Shown here: one piece after another, positions 26,906-32,000 of the stretch
How the letters are laid out: the number at the start of each line of letters is the position of its first letter
Position numbering within the stretch: position 1 is the first letter of the stretch
DNA from: Candidatus Electrothrix yaqonensis
Lineage (GTDB): Bacteria; Desulfobacterota; Desulfobulbia; Desulfobulbales; Desulfobulbaceae
Direction of reading: 5' to 3'
DNA length: 32,000 nt
Assembly (NCBI GenBank): GCA_047651235.1
Contig: CP178758.1
Location: 660,001 to 692,000 of the forward strand
Position numbers and translations under genes: made by a program
The notes under the pieces: model-generated
What the model was told of the DNA's origin: nothing
The model's input: the letters and a program-made list of their open reading frames with translations, nothing else
The model's database searches: none

Positions 26906-27628
26906 ATGAAAACAACACGAAAAATCATTGAAATTGACGAAGACCTCTGCACCGGCTGCGGAGAATGTATCCCGAACTGTGCTGAAGGTTCCCTACAGAT
27001 TATCGACGGCAAGGCCCGACTGGTAGCGGATAAGCTCTGCGATGGCCTTGGTGCCTGTCTCGGCCACTGCCCGGTCGGGGCGCTGCAGATTATTGAGCGG
27101 GAGGCGGATGAGTTTGATGAAGAGGCAGTGGAACAATTCTTGAAGGAACAGAAAAAAGCGGCAGCAGGCAGCGGGTGTCCTTCTGCGCAGTTCAAAACCC
27201 TGCAGCCGAGTTCCTGCGAAACAGCCAATGAACCGGCTGCTCAATCCGGCAGTGCACTCAGCCATTGGCCGGTGCAGATCCGTTTGATTCCGCCCAATGC
27301 ACCCTTTCTGGAAAATTGCGATCTGCTGATTGCGGCAGACTGTACCGCTGTCGCCTACGGCAGCCTGCACCATGATTTCATCCAGAGCCGGGTTGTGATG
27401 ATGGGCTGCCCGAAATTCGATGACCAGCAGCTCTACGTGGACCGCTTTACCGAGCTGTTCAGAACCGGAAAACTCAATTCGGTGACTATGCTGATTATGG
27501 AGGTGCCCTGCTGTTCAGCCATGCTCCAGATCGTCAGAACCGCCTATGATCGGGCCGGGGCAGGCGTACCGGTACGGCAGGTTGTGGTTTCTACGCAGGG
27601 GCAGATTCTTGATGAGCGGAAGTGGTAA
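26906..27628 (+). CDS. 4Fe-4S dicluster ferredoxin-domain protein; the stop codon lies in the first 3 nt of IS copy B
   Basis: 240 aa with CTGCGECIPNC and CDGLGACLGHCP cluster motifs and a C-terminal domain containing GCPKFDD and MEVPCC. TAA at 27626-27628 is the first triplet of the repeat shared with copy A. Confidence 0.8.
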   Translation: MKTTRKIIEIDEDLCTGCGECIPNCAEGSLQIIDGKARLVADKLCDGLGACLGHCPVGALQIIEREADEFDEEAVEQFLKEQKKAAAGSGCPSAQFKTLQPSSCETANEPAAQSGSALSHWPVQIRLIPPNAPFLENCDLLIAADCTAVAYGSLHHDFIQSRVVMMGCPKFDDQQLYVDRFTELFRTGKLNSVTMLIMEVPCCSAMLQIVRTAYDRAGAGVPVRQVVVSTQGQILDERKW

Positions 27629-28628
27629 TTCTACTTTGGCACTCACAAAGGCTGTGGTAATAATTTGCAATTCGGTTGTTTCTCATATGCGAAATCAATC
27701 GAAGCTTGCCTCTTTTCATGCCGTTGACGAAGCTGTCTTATAACTTCATCTTCGTTTACATCTCGACGTGGAAGAATTGACTTGAGTAATGTTGTTATAT
27801 CAGCGCAACTCAATAACGGGACACCGACTTGATGGTATAATCGTTGCTCGACCATAAACAACATGGCCATCATGACCATAGTCATATGATGATGCCAAGC
27901 CAGCCATCCCCGAGCCTTAGCCTTAAGACAACGTTCCTTGTCATCCGTCCAGCTTTTCGGTAAATACAGCCGAAAATCAATCGGCGTTGAAAAGCGACCA
28001 TATCCCAAAGTTGCAAACACTACTACTTGACAGTTGTCGGTTTTACCAAGCTGCCCGCACCATTGACGAGAAACCCCAACAGACATTTTACCCTTTTTGG
28101 GTATCCCGGATTCATCAATTAAAAGAGCACTGTTTTTCCTCCCTCCTAAAAGTTTATCTGCATCTTTAGCTACTTGGTTGTTTACAGGACGCCAATCCCA
28201 GTTCGATTCGGAAAGAAAATACTGGAGGGGCTCATATTTAACGCCCGGAACCTTTTCCTCCATACGTTCCATGTTTTTTTGTCAGACTGGAATAAACCTT
28301 TCAAGTATTGGAATGCTTTATCTGACAAACTTACTGTATGTCTCTTAAAAAAGAGATGATATCTTTCATGAAATGACGCAAGTTGTGGGGCGATGCCGGT
28401 CAACTCAAAGAATTTGTCATGGGGACTTCTTTTTTCGGGGCTGGGAGCGTTCATAAAAAGAATAAAGTTATAATCAGGGCGATTGACGGGTATTTTTTTG
28501 ATAGCTGTTATCAGGTGCTATCTTGATCAAAAAGCGATAAAATCTTCCTAATGAAAGATACAACTTTATCCGGATATTGCAAGAAGTTTTTACAAATAGA
28601 TCAAAAGGTTATGGTTGACAAAGTAGAA
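27626..28628 (-). mobile_element. Defective IS701-family-like insertion sequence, copy B
   Basis: Same 1003-bp element as 17475-18477, in the same orientation, with the same A7 frameshift site (T7 at 28274-28280) and the same internal deletion. Confidence 0.8.
27643..28454 (-). pseudogene. IS701-family DDE transposase, frameshifted and internally deleted (copy B)
   Basis: ORFs 28454->28182 and 28272->27643 are collinear with copy A. Amino-acid differences are confined to a few short patches (e.g. NNQVAKDADKLLGGRKNSALL vs NNHVAKDADNIFGGKEDSALF). Confidence 0.7.
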
Positions 28629-28831
28629 TTAGGCAGCAGAGGTGCCCCGATCTTGGCATCGTTCTGTCGTGTATTTTCCAGCTCAACGATGTACGCTCCA
28701 TTGTCAAGTTCCCGGAGGGACGGTTGCTCAAATTCGTAAACAACACTGTATTCTCCTGCAATCAGGGACGCAGGGAATGCCAGCATGAAAAGGACCGTTC
28801 CGATAATACTACGTAACCAATTTTTTGCCAT
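28629..28831 (-). pseudogene. N-terminal fragment (~67 aa) of an exported protein, truncated by IS copy B
   Basis: AAGGAGA SD and signal peptide MAKNWLRSIIGTVLFMLAFPASLIAG, then EYSVVYEFEQPSLRELDNGAYIVELENTRQNDAKIGAPLLP. The reading frame then runs into the IS right end. Confidence 0.55.
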
Positions 28832-29300
28832 TTTTGGTCTCCTTTTATTGAAATTTTGTTTTTGCAGACAGATGTTGTCCAGCCTGACTTCATCAGGCTG
28901 TTCTGCGGAAAGAATGATTGTTTCGTTCTGCGATCACCTCCTTGATTGTTTATTGCATCGACTGAAACTCCTGTTATTAAACAGAATTATTACAGAAATA
29001 TTCCGGTAATAATTATTGTTCATTTAAGCCTATATTATTGATTATACGTTACTTTAATTTGACGCATAACATTAATTACAGAAAACCGCAAGAAAAACTA
29101 TGTGAAAAAGATGCCGGAGAAAAGGATAACCAGGAGAGAGCGGAATTGGAACCGGCGAGAAGTTAATGACAAAACCGTACTCTTCTTCTATACTGTTGCC
29201 TCACATTTCTGTGTTGCCGAGAGAAAAGGACGGATGTACGCCGCAGTAGAACTTGCCCCTCCTGCAGACGTACCCGGTTGTTTCAGAGGACGGAGCGAGC

Positions 29301-30554
29301 ATGTCTGAGGTTTTTGTTTTCGGGATCAGCGGAGAAAGGCTGCCGAAAGACCAGATGCAAAAGATTTCCCGGTGCAGTGCGGTGGTGATTTCGTCACGGC
29401 ACCATTTCCTGCTCAAGGGGATGAAGGTGCACCGCATCCCCATTGCCCCGGTGGAGGAAATGGTCTATGAGCTGGCCGTGGCCCTGAACGAGGGTGATGT
29501 TGCGGTGCTGGCTTCCGGTGACCCACTTTTTTTCGGGATCGGCAGGACATTGCTTGAACGCTTCGGCGCGGATCGGGTGCATATCACCCCGGCGCTGTCC
29601 GCTGTCCAATTAGCCTGCGCCCGGTTCAGACTTGCCTGGGATGACCTGCCCCTGATCAGTCTGCATGGTCGTGCTCCGGGGGCACTAGCGGGCAGGGTTT
29701 TGCCTCACCCCAAGGTGCTGCTCTTTACGGATCACCGCAACAGCCCGGATAAAATCGCAGCCGAATTGCTTGCCGTGCTGGAGGAATACGGCGATCACAA
29801 GCGGATTGAACAGATACGGGTCCGGGTGGGAGAAAATCTTGGGCTGAAGGACGAGCGCCTGTGCAGCGGAACTCTGGCCGAAATTGCCGGGCAGGAATTT
29901 GCTCCGCTGAATATGATGCTGATTGAGCGTGATTACGGTGAAGAAGAGTCCGGAGAGCCGCCTGATCCGCCCGGGACCGGATTCAGTCTGGGGCTGGAAG
30001 AGGAGGAGATTGCCCATTCACGGGGTCTGATCACCAAAGATGAAATCCGGGCCGTGATTCTGCATCGTCTCCGGTTGCCGCCGACCGGAGTGCTCTGGGA
30101 CGTGGGCGGCGGTTCCGGCTCCGTGTCCGTGGAAGCGGCCCGTTTCTGCCCGGAACTGGCTGTTTATACAGTGGAACAGAAAGAGGAGAACCAGGAGAAT
30201 ATCCGGGCCAATATCGTCCGGTACGGTTTGTATAATATCCGGCTGATCTGCGGCCAGGCTCCTGACGAGTTTGCCGGACTGCCTGATCCTGACCGGGTGT
30301 TTATCGGCGGCAGCAAGGGGCTGCTGGCTGAAATTATTCCTCCCTGTGCGGAACGGCTGACGCCCGGAGGCAGAATGGTGGCCAGTGCGGTGCTGAAGAA
30401 CACAGCGGAACAGGCACCTCTGCTTATGGCGGCAAACGGCCTTGAGGTGGATGCCCGCACAGTGGCCGTGACCAGGGAAAAGCAGCCGTACACTGACGAC
30501 AGGGAGCCGGGCGTCCGCCTAAACCCTATCACGATTATTACCGGGAAGAAATGA
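29301..30554 (+). CDS. cbiET: Fused precorrin-6Y/cobalt-precorrin-6B methyltransferases CbiE-CbiT (CobL-type)
   Basis: Start moved to ATG 29301 (MSEVFVFGISGE...). N-terminal tetrapyrrole methylase domain (VLASGDPLFFGIG) plus a C-terminal SAM-MTase domain (VLWDVGGGSGSVSVEAA). Confidence 0.9.
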   Translation: MSEVFVFGISGERLPKDQMQKISRCSAVVISSRHHFLLKGMKVHRIPIAPVEEMVYELAVALNEGDVAVLASGDPLFFGIGRTLLERFGADRVHITPALSAVQLACARFRLAWDDLPLISLHGRAPGALAGRVLPHPKVLLFTDHRNSPDKIAAELLAVLEEYGDHKRIEQIRVRVGENLGLKDERLCSGTLAEIAGQEFAPLNMMLIERDYGEEESGEPPDPPGTGFSLGLEEEEIAHSRGLITKDEIRAVILHRLRLPPTGVLWDVGGGSGSVSVEAARFCPELAVYTVEQKEENQENIRANIVRYGLYNIRLICGQAPDEFAGLPDPDRVFIGGSKGLLAEIIPPCAERLTPGGRMVASAVLKNTAEQAPLLMAANGLEVDARTVAVTREKQPYTDDREPGVRLNPITIITGKK

Positions 30555-31309
30555 GCAGAACTGAGCAGACAGGCCGCCTGTATCTTGTCGGGGTCGGGCC
30601 GGGTGATCCGGAGCTGATGACCTGTAAGGCCGTGCGTATCCTGGAAAGCGTACAAGTCTGGGCCGTACCCAAGGCACGGGAGGACGGAACAAGCAGCGCC
30701 CTGCAGATCGCCTCAGCCATGATCAGCCTGAAGGACAGAACTGTGCTGGAGCTTTGCTTTCCCATGAAAAAGATCCGCCTTGAACAGGAGCATGACCCGG
30801 AGGTGGTCCAAAGCTGGCTGAAGGCGGCCAGTACCGTGCTGGAGCATCTTGATCAGGGCAGGGATGTAGCCTTCCCGACCCTTGGTGATCCGGGCGTCTA
30901 TTCCACCTCGTTTTATCTCCTGCATGTTCTCCATGGACTGCGGCCGGAACTGCGGGTTTCGATGGTGCCGGGTATCACGGCCATGTCTGCCTGCTCGGCC
31001 CAGGTCTGCAGGCCGCTGGGCCTGGGTGATGACATACTGTCCGTGGTGCCGGCAGCCTTTGACGACGACCGGCTGCGGGAGATTCTGCTCACGGCCGATG
31101 CCGTGGTCCTGATGAAGGTCTTCCGCCGCCTGCCCCGGATCATTGCCCTGCTGGACGAGCTGGGCCTGACTGGACAGGCCGTGCTGGTGGAACGCTGCGG
31201 CATGGACGATCAGCATATCTATACGGATATCCGGGAAGCAGCAGACCTAGACCTGCATTACTTCTCCACCCTCCTGGTCCGGAAAAAACAGGTAAGCAGG
31301 ACGGAATAA
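30551..31309 (+). CDS. cbiL: Precorrin-2 / cobalt-factor-II C20-methyltransferase
   Basis: 252 aa with GRLYLVGVGPGDPELMT...FPTLGDPGVYST...VPGITAMSA. ATGA overlap with cbiET. Confidence 0.9.
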   Translation: MSRTEQTGRLYLVGVGPGDPELMTCKAVRILESVQVWAVPKAREDGTSSALQIASAMISLKDRTVLELCFPMKKIRLEQEHDPEVVQSWLKAASTVLEHLDQGRDVAFPTLGDPGVYSTSFYLLHVLHGLRPELRVSMVPGITAMSACSAQVCRPLGLGDDILSVVPAAFDDDRLREILLTADAVVLMKVFRRLPRIIALLDELGLTGQAVLVERCGMDDQHIYTDIREAADLDLHYFSTLLVRKKQVSRTE

Positions 31310-32000
31310 TGCAGACACCGATTGTTTTTCTCGGGGCCGGACCGGGTGACCCGGAACTGATTACTCTGAAGGGCCGCCGCTTGCTGGATGAGGCGGACGT
31401 GATTGTCTATGCGGGCAGTCTGGTCAATCCGGCCCTGCTGGATGGAATACGGGCGGAAATCCATGATTCTGCCGGAATGACCCTGGATGAGGTGCTGGCC
31501 GTACTGATTCCTGCCTGGCAGGCAGGAAAGAAAGCGGTGCGCCTGCATACCGGCGATCCCTCGATTTACGGGGCGATCCGGGAACAGATGCAGCGGCTGG
31601 ATCAGGAAGGCGTCCCGTATGAGGTGGTGCCAGGGGTGACCTCGGCGATGGCTGCAGCTGCCGCACTCAAGGCGGAGTTGACCGTGCCTGAAGTCACCCA
31701 GACGGTGATTTTTACCCGTCAGGCCGGGCGGACGCCGGTACCTGAGTCGGAGTCCCTGCGCAGTCTTGCTGCTATCCGGGCATCCATGTGCATCTTTCTT
31801 TCTGTATCCATGATGGACACGGTGGCCGGAAAGCTTATGGAGGGCGGTTATCCGCCGGATACCCCGGTAGCAGTGGTGGAAAAGGCATCCTGGCCGGATC
31901 AGAGCATTGTCCGGGGCACATTATCCGACATTGCCGAAAAAATTAGGGCCTCGGCCATCCGCAAGACCGCCATGATCGTGGTGGGCCGGGCCCTGTCCGA
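31309..32000 (+). CDS. cbiF: Precorrin-4 / cobalt-precorrin-4 C11-methyltransferase, 3' end outside window
   Basis: Not in the ORF track because there is no stop in the window. ATG 31309 overlaps the cbiL stop (TAATG). Translation MQTPIVFLGAGPGDPELITLKGRRLLDEADVIVYAGSLV...RLHTGDPSIYGAI...VVPGVTS. Confidence 0.9.
   Translation, partial: MQTPIVFLGAGPGDPELITLKGRRLLDEADVIVYAGSLVNPALLDGIRAEIHDSAGMTLDEVLAVLIPAWQAGKKAVRLHTGDPSIYGAIREQMQRLDQEGVPYEVVPGVTSAMAAAAALKAELTVPEVTQTVIFTRQAGRTPVPESESLRSLAAIRASMCIFLSVSMMDTVAGKLMEGGYPPDTPVAVVEKASWPDQSIVRGTLSDIAEKIRASAIRKTAMIVVGRALS

Noticed and set aside
17475-28628. Composite transposon formed by the two IS701-like copies around the 9.1-kb cysK/cysE/hcp segment.
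   Set aside because: Both copies are defective. There is no matching target-site duplication outside the pair. The cargo is ordinary metabolic genes, and at least copy B shows deletion-type junctions. Independent or rearranged insertions are more likely.
28990-29300. Expected a cobalamin riboswitch upstream of the cbiET-cbiL-cbiF cluster.
   Set aside because: I could not find the conserved core elements (GGGAA...GGUGAAAAUCC..., GCCACUG, B12 box AGYCAGGAGACCUGCC) in the 300 nt upstream. The region is AT-rich promoter-like sequence. A cmscan with RF00174 would settle it.

Overview
32-kb chromosomal window of mid-range GC. Gene content suggests an anaerobic Desulfobacterota (Desulfobulbales-like) organism; this is inference only. 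Housekeeping backbone: groEL 3' end, tRNA-Met(CAT), an FKBP-type PPIase, a GT2 glycosyltransferase, a periplasmic rhodanese, clpB, cysK-cysE, hcp followed by HD-domain and 4Fe-4S genes, and the start of an anaerobic cobalamin cluster (cbiET-cbiL-cbiF, running off the window). Accessory material: (i) IS630-family debris, a MITE-like IR pair plus a transposase C-terminal remnant, just downstream of the tRNA. (ii) Two 1003-bp copies of a defective IS701-like element in direct orientation, exactly 10,151 bp apart. (iii) Two membrane-anchored P-loop NTPases (Arch_ATPase/STAND-like) flanking a vapBC toxin-antitoxin pair. (iv) A 986-aa secreted FG-GAP / LamG / thrombospondin-type-3 repeat protein. 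(v) A secreted acidic protein with 8 tandem 14-aa repeats, followed by a TPR + beta-barrel outer-membrane protein. The most notable signal is a ~135-nt structured leader RNA present twice (11164-11298 and 18875-19010). It shows compensatory base changes in its stems, and each copy precedes exported-protein genes. From memory its core resembles a GEMM-I (cyclic-dinucleotide) three-way junction with altered junction nucleotides. I could not run a covariance-model search, so the class is unconfirmed. The second candidate is the NTPase/vapBC cluster as a possible conflict (defence) locus. No CRISPR array or rRNA was seen.
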